Origin: a virus
Taxonomy: Duplodnaviria; Caudoviricetes
Strand: one strand, 5' to 3'
DNA length: 64,000 nt
Virus record (IMG/VR): IMGVR_UViG_3300028283_000231
Position numbers and translations under genes: made by a program. The notes below the pieces were generated by a model. The model was not told the DNA's origin. It worked only from the letters and a program-made list of their open reading frames with translations, and searched no databases. Positions 30,381 through 39,201 of the stretch are shown piece after piece. Within the stretch, counting starts at the first letter, position 1; each line of letters opens with the position of its first letter.

Positions 30381-30614
30381 CTACCAGATTACGCTGAAAT
30401 GGAAAGAGAAGACATTATGCCAAGTTTGTTGACTGGTGTTATCGTACCAATCTGTTACTGTTATATTTATATGTCTATTAACTATTTCCATAATTACCTT
30501 ATCAAGAGTATCTTTATCTTGTGTCGGGTATTTATATATCGACCCTTTCTCTTTTTTCCCAAAAGTATATCTGGGACTTTTTTCAAGTTTAGTAGAATAT
30601 TTATCTGGTTTCAT
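30381..30614 (-). CDS. Hypothetical protein ending the minus-strand array
   Basis: 77 aa; its start overlaps the tag-encoding end of the upstream gene. Confidence 0.6.
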   Translation of the reverse strand: MKPDKYSTKLEKSPRYTFGKKEKGSIYKYPTQDKDTLDKVIMEIVNRHINITVTDWYDNTSQQTWHNVFSFHFSVIW

Positions 30615-30873
30615 TTAAAGATCTATCAATTATTTTTATTCTCTTATAGTTCTTTGCTTCGTATTCATCTAACGTCTTATTCCAATCACCCATCCATCCA
30701 CAAGATTTACATTTTGGAAGAATGGCTCTATTATCTTTTGTGACTTCATATCCTAATATATCGTAACAAACTGGACAATAATCATAATGAATTAGTCTAG
30801 CCTGTTGTTCAGCTCTGTCTAATTGATATTTAAGGGTTTCTATAAATTCTTGTTCCTTTTCTATGCTATTCAT
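30601..30873 (-). CDS. Zn-ribbon protein with tag (member 6)
   Basis: CPVC...CKSC; YKRIKIIDRSLNE. Confidence 0.75.
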   Translation of the reverse strand: MNSIEKEQEFIETLKYQLDRAEQQARLIHYDYCPVCYDILGYEVTKDNRAILPKCKSCGWMGDWNKTLDEYEAKNYKRIKIIDRSLNETR

Positions 30874-31102
30874 TTAACATTTCGTCAATTAATTTTGTTC
30901 TTTTTAAATTTTTCCATTCTTCTTGGACATAAAATTTATCATGAAAATCTTCTAATTTCAATAATGTATTAAATGGGGCTTTTATCGGCGCTTCAACATG
31001 CACTAATCCTTTTAGTATTACGAAACTATACCATTTATTTTTTTCATAACAATTGGAGTTCTTATTAAAACTTTCTTTAGCTTTTTCTATTTTATTTTTC
31101 AT
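30866..31102 (-). CDS. Small protein with tag (member 7)
   Basis: LKRTKLIDEMLNE. Confidence 0.7.
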   Translation of the reverse strand: MKNKIEKAKESFNKNSNCYEKNKWYSFVILKGLVHVEAPIKAPFNTLLKLEDFHDKFYVQEEWKNLKRTKLIDEMLNE

Positions 31103-31373
31103 TTAACATTTCGTCCATTAGTTTTGTTCTTTGCCAATTTTTATATTCTTCTTTTGTAAATTCCACGATATAAGTATCATCGCCCATCATTTCTTTTCCA
31201 CCAAGTTTATATTTATCGTTATCTTCTTTACTCACACAACCAACATATTCTTTAAATTCAGACATACTATGATATATTATCCACCCGCCCTCTTTTCTGG
31301 TATGTATCCATTTTCTTCCATCAATATCAATAATATCATACTTGCCCTTCCACTTATTATCTATCACATTCAT
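31092..31373 (-). CDS. Small protein with tag (member 8)
   Basis: WQRTKLMDEMLNE. Confidence 0.7.
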   Translation of the reverse strand: MNVIDNKWKGKYDIIDIDGRKWIHTRKEGGWIIYHSMSEFKEYVGCVSKEDNDKYKLGGKEMMGDDTYIVEFTKEEYKNWQRTKLMDEMLNEK

Positions 31374-31692
31374 TTAACATTTTATCTATTAATTCTATTC
31401 TTTCGTTACACTTAATTTCATTCTTATCAAAATAAAAACGCTTTTTATCATAACCAAAAGCACATTCTACTCCATAAATAGTAATTTCATCGCTCCCATT
31501 GGCTTTATTTATAAGGTAAATGCCATCATAGTATTCACCCTCTTTAAAATTAGAACCTGGTCCTACATATTTCCCACTTACTGTATATCTATCAGGTGTT
31601 GAAAAATCCTTTATACAAAGTACTTTTATTTTTTCATAATAACAAGTCGGATATACTTCAGCGTCGGGATAATCGTCAATTACTCTCTTCAT
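31357..31692 (-). CDS. Small protein with tag (member 9)
   Basis: NERIELIDKMLNE. Confidence 0.7.
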   Translation of the reverse strand: MKRVIDDYPDAEVYPTCYYEKIKVLCIKDFSTPDRYTVSGKYVGPGSNFKEGEYYDGIYLINKANGSDEITIYGVECAFGYDKKRFYFDKNEIKCNERIELIDKMLNECDR

Positions 31693-32344
31693 TATACCAC
31701 ATTACTTCTTTTCTATTATGCTTCTGCCCTTTTAAATCTACCAGATCCTCAAATGGAAGCCAATCAGCCCCAGCATTTTCACAAACTATAACTTGTCCAC
31801 TTCTATCTATACACCAAGCACCAAGTGAAGTATAATCAATCTTATTGTTGGTGTAATACTTACCACCATTACCAGAGTAAGGCGGATCTACAAACCAAGT
31901 GGCTTTCATATTTAACGCGTTTTCATAACTCTCGTTCTTTATGGTCCAATGTTTTACCTTATATAACTCTTCTGATAAAAGTTTGCGATGTTTTTCATCC
32001 CAGTCACAAAAATTACCTGGGGATTTCTTAGGAACAGAAGAACCAGGATTCAAATATAAACCAATTGTCCACTTCTCGGGATCACTCAGATAATTAAACT
32101 CTTCATTATTAAGGCATTGTCCCTTTACTAAAAGAGGTAGTCCAAGTATATCTTTAGGTGACGCATCTTGTAAGTATGTCCAAACAGAGTATATTTTATT
32201 ATTTATTTCGTATAGAATAACGTCTTTTTCGAAATATTCCATAGCGTAGGCTGCTGAGCCAGCGAAAGGTTCTATAATTGTATCGTATTGAGGAACAGGG
32301 TAATATTTAACTATTCTCTTTTTTCTTCCGTAGTAGTAAAACAT
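31676..32344 (-). CDS. D12-class DNA adenine methyltransferase (short type)
   Basis: YYGRK, IEPFAGSA (motif I), FVDPPY (motif IV). Confidence 0.85.
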   Translation of the reverse strand: MFYYYGRKKRIVKYYPVPQYDTIIEPFAGSAAYAMEYFEKDVILYEINNKIYSVWTYLQDASPKDILGLPLLVKGQCLNNEEFNYLSDPEKWTIGLYLNPGSSVPKKSPGNFCDWDEKHRKLLSEELYKVKHWTIKNESYENALNMKATWFVDPPYSGNGGKYYTNNKIDYTSLGAWCIDRSGQVIVCENAGADWLPFEDLVDLKGQKHNRKEVMWYNEESN

Positions 32345-32476
32345 AAGTTTTTTTATTTTGATATATCAAAAATTTATGATATAGTTTTCATTAAAGCGTA
32401 AGTGTTAAAAAATTTTACACTCGTTTTTTCAAATTTTGAATTTAATATATAAGACAAACAAAAACTACATTTTACT

Positions 32477-33250
32477 ATGGACGAGATAATTAAAGAGTTT
32501 GTTCAATGGATGTTAAAGAATTATCCTATTATGCTTATAATCATTGGTGTTGTGATAGTGTCTCTGTACATCTTAAAGGAAATAAAGGAGATATTTTTCA
32601 ATAGAGATCACGATGGTAAAAGCTTTGGTAGTTATTTATATCATACTGTATTTTTTTGGCTACCTAAGAGTAAGAGGGTAATAGAACTAAAACACGTTCA
32701 ATACACATCAGAAGAAAGAGAAAAAATAGTAGATAAATTACTTGTTCATAATTTCTTTATTTCTATTACTAATATTAAGACGCAAATACCAGCAATGCAA
32801 TTCGGTAGCGAAAAGAAAAATGCTGTATTAAGAGATGTTATAAAAATATACGTTGAAGTAATTGAAAAGTACGCAATATCAATATTAAAGAATTATAAAT
32901 TGGATGAATTACTTTGTGCTAAATTAAATGAGATTCTTTTACAGGAGATAGATAAAGCTCATATTGAAATATATAGCAAAATGAAAGATAGGTTGGGTGA
33001 GGCTTTGTATATAAAATTAATTGAAGATCCAGTAAGAGGTTTTAAAGCACGTAATTCTATATTCAGAGAAATTTTTATAAACGGTATTACATTAATATCA
33101 ACACAGTCTATGTCTGTATATAATTATGATAACTATGAAAGAGCAAGTGAAATATTAACATCTATGTATGTTTCATTGAATGTTATCGTGAAGAATTTTG
33201 AAAAGGTATTCAAAGATTATAACGGTGAATTAGATAAATATTTATTATAA
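32477..33250 (+). CDS. Membrane-anchored late protein
   Basis: N-terminal TM (IMLIIIGVVIVSLYIL); TTTAATATATA at 32441. Confidence 0.65.
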   Translation: MDEIIKEFVQWMLKNYPIMLIIIGVVIVSLYILKEIKEIFFNRDHDGKSFGSYLYHTVFFWLPKSKRVIELKHVQYTSEEREKIVDKLLVHNFFISITNIKTQIPAMQFGSEKKNAVLRDVIKIYVEVIEKYAISILKNYKLDELLCAKLNEILLQEIDKAHIEIYSKMKDRLGEALYIKLIEDPVRGFKARNSIFREIFINGITLISTQSMSVYNYDNYERASEILTSMYVSLNVIVKNFEKVFKDYNGELDKYLL

Positions 33251-33277
33251 AATTATGAAAATAAAAAACAAAATTAT

Positions 33278-33317
33278 AAAAATAGGATAGTTAATTAAAC
33301 TTAATTATCCTATTTTT
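33278..33317. terminator. AT-rich hairpin terminator
   Basis: AAAAATAGGATAGTTAA ... TTAATTATCCTATTTTT. Confidence 0.6.
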
Positions 33318-33321
33318 TTGT

Positions 33322-33501
33322 ATGAACATGAAACTATATCAAAAATTAAAGGAACGTGAATTGGTAGAAGATTTTAAAGAATTCCGTGAACTCATTTGGT
33401 TAAGAGCCATAAAAGTTAACGGAAAACACGTTGATAATCCAAATCACGAACTCGGCGAATCGGATAAAGATATACAAGTTGGTATCTTATCTTTAGATTA
33501 A
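33322..33501 (+). CDS. S4-like RNA-binding miniprotein (59 aa, not in track)
   Basis: FRELIWLRAIKVNGKHVDNPNHEL...IQVG resembles the S4 core. Confidence 0.5.
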   Translation: MNMKLYQKLKERELVEDFKEFRELIWLRAIKVNGKHVDNPNHELGESDKDIQVGILSLD

Positions 33502-33561
33502 ATTCCCAATCAACTTAAATTCTACCTTACTATGAAGTAGCGGTATTACTAATCTTTTTTC

Positions 33562-34029
33562 TTAACCTATCTCACTAGCATCTTTCTTCACAGTTTTAAC
33601 AGGTTTTGGCACCTCTGTTGTAGCAGTCATATTAACTGGTATATTATAATCATCGTTACTATGCCCTGAACTATGTGTATCATATCCACCAACAGTTCCA
33701 CCATATCCTCCACCACCGTATTCACCACCGTAACCTCCTTGTTGATTGCCTATAATTGTTCCCAATCCACCAGCACCACCGTGTTGTTGCTGGTAATAAG
33801 AATCTGGAATTTGTGTTGGTTTTAAAGATTCACCTAATACATATACGTACAATGGTGTATTAGACATAGCTAGAAATACACCTAAAGCTGTTAAATCAGC
33901 ACCAAGTATCATTCCTATTATTCCCAATACGAAATTAACAATTATTACAGCAACTGAAAATTTCAATCTGGTTCTTGGTGTTATAGTTTTAAATAACGGC
34001 TCGCCTTTTTTATTAACTATTTTTACCAT
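33562..34029 (-). CDS. Membrane protein with a Gly/Tyr-rich C-terminal tail (holin-like topology)
   Basis: Two to three hydrophobic helices, then GGAGG/GGYGG repeats. Confidence 0.55.
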   Translation of the reverse strand: MVKIVNKKGEPLFKTITPRTRLKFSVAVIIVNFVLGIIGMILGADLTALGVFLAMSNTPLYVYVLGESLKPTQIPDSYYQQQHGGAGGLGTIIGNQQGGYGGEYGGGGYGGTVGGYDTHSSGHSNDDYNIPVNMTATTEVPKPVKTVKKDASEIG

Positions 34030-34044
34030 ACTATTCTTTTATTT

Positions 34045-34911
34045 TTAAATTTTATCGTAATTCGGATTATCCTGTTTAAAATTTCCACCAGTCGTGAAAT
34101 CCTCAATATCAGTCGTTGTTCTTGGATCTGATTGCTGATAAGTCGGATCATTCACATTTTCTGGAACTATTTTCTCTCTGAATTTTTCCATATCATGTAT
34201 GTAGTATTGCCAGTAAACACGTTTAATGTTTTCAAATTCTTCATTGTAACATTCTACATTATCAGTATCAACAGTCCATACTGGATAATACCCCCTTACA
34301 GTCAATGGGAATTTTATTGTGTACTTCTTATCATTAGTGAAATCACCTTCTTGTGGAATTTCAACTGTCTTATCGTCAGGTAGTTGTAAGACTAAATCTA
34401 TTTTAATACCAAAATAATCCATATTAAAGAAGAAGTAATTGAAGAGTAACATTATAATTTTTTCAGAACAAACCCAAACATCTCTAACATCATCCATAGT
34501 TATTTCAACGTCGTAATTCATTTGCATTGGAATAGCTTTGACTTTGGTTATAATTCTTTTCCATTCATTTTTAATTTTACAATCTTTTGGTATATAAATA
34601 TTTGGATTAGCAAACTCGTCGCTAACAGAAGCAAAAGAAGTTAATGTGATACAACCTCTTGGTATTTGATCTGTATTTAATTCTACTCTGCTATCTACAA
34701 TATCATCTAAATAAGAATCTAGTAAGAAACGTTCTTTACCGTACATTCTATAATTGAATGGAAGAGTTATACATCTTTTTTCGTCAGAAAAGTAATTTAT
34801 CCAACGAATTGATCTATTTAGAGTTTTACCTAAAGCAACTGTAACCATTCTTAAATAAACATTATCGAAATTATATTGATGTCCGATACTTCTAATTGTT
34901 TCACCTGGCAT
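34045..34911 (-). CDS. gp15: T4 gp15-like tail sheath terminator/stabilizer
   Basis: FDNVYLR...ERFLLD...NTDQIPRG.ITL...KAIPMQMNYDVEI...KI; late promoter at about 34929. Confidence 0.7.
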   Translation of the reverse strand: MPGETIRSIGHQYNFDNVYLRMVTVALGKTLNRSIRWINYFSDEKRCITLPFNYRMYGKERFLLDSYLDDIVDSRVELNTDQIPRGCITLTSFASVSDEFANPNIYIPKDCKIKNEWKRIITKVKAIPMQMNYDVEITMDDVRDVWVCSEKIIMLLFNYFFFNMDYFGIKIDLVLQLPDDKTVEIPQEGDFTNDKKYTIKFPLTVRGYYPVWTVDTDNVECYNEEFENIKRVYWQYYIHDMEKFREKIVPENVNDPTYQQSDPRTTTDIEDFTTGGNFKQDNPNYDKI

Positions 34912-34975
34912 AAATTAGCTTTTTATTTATATATTAATTTTGTTCTCTCCTAAATTCTTCTTATTTTTGTGTATT

Positions 34976-35003
34976 AAACTTTTCACGATTTTACTCATAT
35001 AAT
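34976..35003 (+). promoter_or_regulatory. Second phage promoter class, AAACTTT-N15-TATAWW (representative copy)
   Basis: 15-nt spacer at 10750(+), 17070(+), 34976(+), 39699(+), 7098-7104(-); 13-nt spacer at 7927(+). Confidence 0.6.
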
Positions 35004-35011
35004 ATCGTATC

Positions 35012-35872
35012 ATGAAGCATTTCAGAATATTACACTATTTATTGAAAGATAAGAAGAATTATCATAAGGACGAAGAGCTGGCAAGATCTTGGGACACCTA
35101 TCTTTACTACCTAGGTGAAGTTAGAAAGATGAGTTCCTTTCTTATAAAACAGAAATTTTTATATTTTATAAAGTTCAAAAAATTATACATAACAAAAGTT
35201 TTTCTTTTCTTTGCTATACTTTTTGGTAGTGCTTTTTACGGTGGTAAATATATATTAGAACACAATAGTTTTTTTGAAGTAAAAAGAATAGTTACAAGCG
35301 CCCCAATAGATACTCTATATTGTCCAGATTCAATCCCTATTGATAATTACGTAGAAAGAACAGCAAGAATAGCTGGTGTAACAAAAGATAAAATATTTAA
35401 AAAAGTTTATTTCGTTACGTTCTACTCAGAAGATACTCTTAAAACACCAGAGAAATGGCTAAAAGCTCTAGCAGAACTTGAATCAAGACAAAATTTCAAA
35501 GCTGAAAACGGTCAGTATTGGGGGGCATGGCAAATGGGACAAGGAGCTAGATCATCAGTTGGGTTCGGCGGGGTTTCCAAAAAAGAATTTCTTGGTTCTC
35601 AAGACGTTCAAAAAGCTGCAGTTATAATTTACCTTAAAAACAATTACAGAGTTCTCAGACCATATCTGGAAAGGTACAATAATAAAATTATTAGAGGGTA
35701 CCACTTAACTCTAAGTGGAATGTTAGCGATGTCGCATAATTGTGGAACACAAGGACTCATAACATTTTTAAATAGTAATTGTACTGTGGTACCACATGAC
35801 GGGAATATACCATCATCTAATTATCTCACTTTGGGTAATTACAACATAAAAGAATTATTAACAGACAAATGA
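35012..35872 (+). CDS. Lysozyme/lytic-transglycosylase-like protein with a TM segment (candidate endolysin)
   Basis: LAELESRQNF...YWGAWQMG...SGMLAMSH..G; upstream hydrophobic helix. Confidence 0.7.
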   Translation: MKHFRILHYLLKDKKNYHKDEELARSWDTYLYYLGEVRKMSSFLIKQKFLYFIKFKKLYITKVFLFFAILFGSAFYGGKYILEHNSFFEVKRIVTSAPIDTLYCPDSIPIDNYVERTARIAGVTKDKIFKKVYFVTFYSEDTLKTPEKWLKALAELESRQNFKAENGQYWGAWQMGQGARSSVGFGGVSKKEFLGSQDVQKAAVIIYLKNNYRVLRPYLERYNNKIIRGYHLTLSGMLAMSHNCGTQGLITFLNSNCTVVPHDGNIPSSNYLTLGNYNIKELLTDK

Positions 35873-36135
35873 GCAACATAATATCACCTGGCAGCAAAGT
35901 AGAAAAAGTTTTGATTTGGAAAGACGAATCAGAACACGGTTATCAATATAATAATATGGTATTGGAGTGCCATTTATATTTTGATAACGGGAAAGAAGTT
36001 GTCTACGAACTTAAAAGTTTGTGGTCTTCTAAACAAAATAAGTACATAACTTGCCCTTTAGAAGATGTTAAGTACTCAAGGGGAATATATGAATACAAGA
36101 ACGACGAATATATTCAAATAGAAAATTGGGATTAA
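35869..36135 (+). CDS. Hypothetical protein
   Basis: 88 aa; ATGA overlap with the lysozyme-like gene. Confidence 0.6.
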   Translation: MSNIISPGSKVEKVLIWKDESEHGYQYNNMVLECHLYFDNGKEVVYELKSLWSSKQNKYITCPLEDVKYSRGIYEYKNDEYIQIENWD

Positions 36136-36211
36136 AAAATGAACATTTTTTAAAACATGTAAATTTTTTTTTCATATAAGAATGTATTAACAAAAAAAAT
36201 AAATAAAAACT

Positions 36212-36571
36212 ATGAGAAAATTTATTGCATTACTAACAGTAGTTTTTGTTGCTTTTACCTTAGTTTTCACAAGTTGTACTAAACCAAAAGGTGATTTCAA
36301 CCTCGACAACTCCGTAGAGTACTCTATGAGTGCAGATTGGTGTGGTTACAGTATGAGCGTTGGAGCTTACGGTTACAATTCTTACACAGTGGACGCTGGT
36401 GGTGGAACTGTTGAAGTTTACGCTAACGGTTATGGTTACTGGGGAAGTATGTACTTCACAGTACCAGAAGGTGGATCTAATACACTTTACACGTATTGGG
36501 ATAAGAAGAAATCCACATCTACAGCAGGTTTGACTACGGTTAAACCATACGATGTTAAACCTACAAAGTAA
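36212..36571 (+). CDS. Predicted lipoprotein
   Basis: MRKFIALLTVVFVAFTLVFTSC lipobox. Confidence 0.75.
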   Translation: MRKFIALLTVVFVAFTLVFTSCTKPKGDFNLDNSVEYSMSADWCGYSMSVGAYGYNSYTVDAGGGTVEVYANGYGYWGSMYFTVPEGGSNTLYTYWDKKKSTSTAGLTTVKPYDVKPTK

Positions 36572-36589
36572 CAAAAAAGACAAGATTCA

Positions 36590-36620
36590 AAGGGTGGTCG
36601 AGAGACTGCCCTTTTTTCTT
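36590..36620 (+). terminator. Intrinsic terminator
   Basis: AAGGGTGGTC-GAGA-GACTGCCCTT followed by a T-tract. Confidence 0.8.
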
Positions 36621-36636
36621 TTAAAAATTTAAAACT

Positions 36637-36930
36637 ATGAAATATATAATCACATTATTACTATCCATCTTTCTTTTAGTTTCGTGTAATCACGAAGAAA
36701 ATAAAAAATTTGTTCCTAATCCAAAATACGATGTTGGTGAGTTGATATATCTGAAACCAGATTCAACATTAGCTTACGTTAAATTCTATTCTGTTTTAGT
36801 TGATAATAAAACTAATTCATCCACATATTTCTATGGTATAGAATATAAAGATAACATAGGAAAGTTTCACAGGAGGATAATCGGAGATAAAGAAATTTAT
36901 GGATTACAAACAAAAAAAGAGGACTTATAG
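36637..36930 (+). CDS. Predicted lipoprotein with an SH3-like domain
   Basis: MKYIITLLLSIFLLVSC; PKYDVGELIYLK. Confidence 0.7.
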   Translation: MKYIITLLLSIFLLVSCNHEENKKFVPNPKYDVGELIYLKPDSTLAYVKFYSVLVDNKTNSSTYFYGIEYKDNIGKFHRRIIGDKEIYGLQTKKEDL

Positions 36931-36941
36931 TCCTCTTTTTT
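36913..36941. terminator. Bidirectional terminator
   Basis: AAAAAAGAGGAC-TTATA-GTCCTCTTTTTT. Confidence 0.8.
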
Positions 36942-37623
36942 ATTGAAAGTCTTTGACTATTAATGATATGGTGCTTTTTGAAGATTTAAAATATTTAGCT
37001 ATATCTGATTGATTTACACCATTATCATACATGTATCTAATTTTTTCTCTATCCAGTTTAGGCTGGGCGGTCATTAGGTTATTCATTTTAGAATATATTA
37101 ATTCCTTATTATCCTCAAAAAATCTTGTATCTGAATGTAAATATTTATGGCAGTTTTTACACAATACCACACACTTATTTAATTCATTTTCTATAATTTC
37201 TTTAACGTCTTCAATATTATTTAAGTGCATTATAGATGATAATCTGAAATCCTTATCTTTTGGATCAATATGATGAAAGTCAAGAGATGCCAAACACTCA
37301 TCATATCCACAATCTTCACATAGTAATTCCCCTTTAAAATTTAAAAGAATTCTTTTTTCTTTTCTTTCTTTCACACCGTAATGTAATTTCATATGGCAAT
37401 TAAAACACAATAAATCACATTTATCTAATTCTATTCTAACTAAATTCCACCTTTTACCAAACATTAAACTTAATTTTTCATCTTTAAGTTTAGATTCTCT
37501 GTGGTGGAAACACAATTTAAATTGTTCATTTTCACCACAATCCATACACTTACCACCCAAATATTCTATAGCTTTTAATTTCTTGATGTAGTAATATATT
37601 CTATTTAGAAATGGTTTGTTCAT
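36940..37623 (-). CDS. Tandem-HNH homing endonuclease with a C-terminal HTH
   Basis: CMDCG...FHH...CDLLCFNCH and CEDCG...LDFHH...CVVLCKNCH; SDIAKYFKSSKSTIS. Confidence 0.88.
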   Translation of the reverse strand: MNKPFLNRIYYYIKKLKAIEYLGGKCMDCGENEQFKLCFHHRESKLKDEKLSLMFGKRWNLVRIELDKCDLLCFNCHMKLHYGVKERKEKRILLNFKGELLCEDCGYDECLASLDFHHIDPKDKDFRLSSIMHLNNIEDVKEIIENELNKCVVLCKNCHKYLHSDTRFFEDNKELIYSKMNNLMTAQPKLDREKIRYMYDNGVNQSDIAKYFKSSKSTISLIVKDFQ

Positions 37624-37665
37624 AAGTTCGATTTTTAATCATATATATTAATGTGTAAAAACCGA

Positions 37666-37706
37666 ATTAAAAAAAAGAGAATCAGAAATCTGATTCTCTT
37701 TTTTTT
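37666..37706. terminator. Perfect bidirectional terminator closing the tRNA-like transcript
   Basis: AAAAAAAGAGAATCAG-AAAT-CTGATTCTCTTTTTTT. Confidence 0.85.
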
Positions 37707-37711
37707 CCTTG

Positions 37712-37792
37712 TAGCCCTAGCCGGATTCGAACCGACGTTGCAAGTACACTTGTGTCCTTACCCCCGAAGGGGTGTCCCCTAGACGATAGGGC
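37712..37792 (-). ncRNA. tRNA-Glu-like RNA with a collapsed anticodon arm and a UUCG hairpin inserted in the D-loop
   Basis: GGCCCTA/TAGGGCT acceptor, GTCT/GGAC D-stem, insert ACCCC-TTCG-GGGGT, anticodon arm CAAG-TGTA-CTTG, T-arm GTCGG-TTCGAAT-CCGGC; no CCA encoded. Confidence 0.8.
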
Positions 37793-37898
37793 CGGTAGGT
37801 TTCCCAATCTATGTGGTATCCCTAGATTTTAAAGAATATCAGGACTTTCACCTGATATATCCAACCATTTTACTGGTGACTTTATTTGTATTCTTCTG

Positions 37899-37967
37899 TA
37901 GCCCGTAAGAGATTCGAACTCCTGTCACTGGAATAATCCAGTGTCCTTTCCGCTAGACTAACGGGCC
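37899..37967 (-). ncRNA. tRNA-Glu-like RNA lacking exactly the anticodon triplet
   Basis: GGCCCGT/ACGGGCT acceptor, GTCT/GGAC D-stem, anticodon stem CTGGA/TCCAG with a 4-nt loop TTAT, T-arm AGGAG-TTCGAAT-CTCTT; 69 nt; no CCA encoded. Confidence 0.85.
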
Positions 37968-38104
37968 GTTATTTGTCCTTAATTTTCTTCTAATTGGTCT
38001 ATTGTATCTATATTAATATCACCCTAATTTATTATTATCTAAAATTCTAATTTATCTATATAATATATTAAGGACAAATAATTCTCATTTGTAATTTGAT
38101 AACA

Positions 38105-38112
38105 CAAAAATA
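38105..38112 (-). promoter_or_regulatory. Bacteroidota-type promoter upstream of the tRNA-like RNAs
   Basis: CGTATTTTTGTGTTATCAAATTA, nearly identical to CGTATCTTTGTGTTATCAAATTA at about 57485-57507. Confidence 0.6.
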
Positions 38113-38153
38113 CGGAAATTCTGGGAAACAAAAAAATTTCTGGTGAAAATTTC

Positions 38154-38804
38154 TTATTTAATTTCGATCTTGAAATTCTGTTTACTCTTATCCTCGATAG
38201 GCTTTTTAGTCAAATATACTGATAAAATTCCATCCTTATATTCACTAGATATTTTATTTAAGTCTATATTATAATGAGTTATATCATATTTCTTATTAAA
38301 TACATCACCTATTTCTATATCTATTCTCTCGTACTTTCTTTCCCCTAATGAAGAAAGACTCATATTATACCAAGGCATCCCTTTTACACAAAGGAAAGTT
38401 TTATTTTCTACTGTCTCAATAGTAATATCTAATTGTTGTTTATTAATACCAGGACAAATAACATCAATCACAATAGTATTACCAACGACTTCGTAAACAT
38501 TAGTTAAAGGATAATCAACTATTTTCTTAGGTACAAATGCAGATACTGGTTTCTTAACAACATTGATGATATCGTCGTATAGTTTATAAACATCTGATTC
38601 AAAATTGGCTTTGCCGTGTTGTTCGTATAGTTCGTCCATGAGTTTCTTTGTCTTCTCTTCGTTGAGAGGAAAGTTCTCTTTTAGAAAGTCTTTTAATTTA
38701 CCGTCAATTTTAATATTAAATGTTTTCTTTTCCATATCATTATTATTTTCTTTAAATGGGTACATCTCCTCAAAGAATGCGCCGCCAGGATAACCTACTC
38801 CCAT
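38154..38804 (-). CDS. Small heat-shock protein (Hsp20/alpha-crystallin domain)
   Basis: IVIDVICPGINKQQLDITIE...ISSEYKDGILSVYLTKK. Confidence 0.8.
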   Translation of the reverse strand: MGVGYPGGAFFEEMYPFKENNNDMEKKTFNIKIDGKLKDFLKENFPLNEEKTKKLMDELYEQHGKANFESDVYKLYDDIINVVKKPVSAFVPKKIVDYPLTNVYEVVGNTIVIDVICPGINKQQLDITIETVENKTFLCVKGMPWYNMSLSSLGERKYERIDIEIGDVFNKKYDITHYNIDLNKISSEYKDGILSVYLTKKPIEDKSKQNFKIEIK

Positions 38805-38810
38805 AATATT

Positions 38811-39152
38811 TTATTCTTTTTCTATTATTCCACCAAGATATAAATCGAATGAATTATCTGTGTAATAATTTAATTCAAATTCACCATCGTATAACTTATT
38901 AATATTGAAATTCTCTATTTCTAATCCCGACACGTCATTAATACTTAACGGAAACTTATCTTCAATTAATTGTTCCAATATCTCAAGATTCTTCTTAGAT
39001 AAACTTCTTTTATATATCTTATGTAAATGTAATTTATATCCGTTGCTATCAATAACTTTAAACTTACTAGTGAAGTTGAAAGTTATATCCACGTCCAATT
39101 CCTTAGGCTCAAACCCAAAAAATTCATCGTCATCTATATAATTATTAGCCAT
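38811..39152 (-). CDS. Hypothetical protein
   Basis: 113-aa acidic ORF. Confidence 0.6.
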   Translation of the reverse strand: MANNYIDDDEFFGFEPKELDVDITFNFTSKFKVIDSNGYKLHLHKIYKRSLSKKNLEILEQLIEDKFPLSINDVSGLEIENFNINKLYDGEFELNYYTDNSFDLYLGGIIEKE

Positions 39153-39201
39153 ATCTCTTTCATTTTTTATTATATCAAAAAAATGAGCGGTTGTTTAAAA
39201 A

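Noticed and set aside
37712-37967. Canonical decoding tRNA-Glu genes, or tRNAs with an intron
   Set aside because: The anticodon loops are 4 nt or shorter with nothing inserted, so they cannot decode and no intron removal would restore a triplet.
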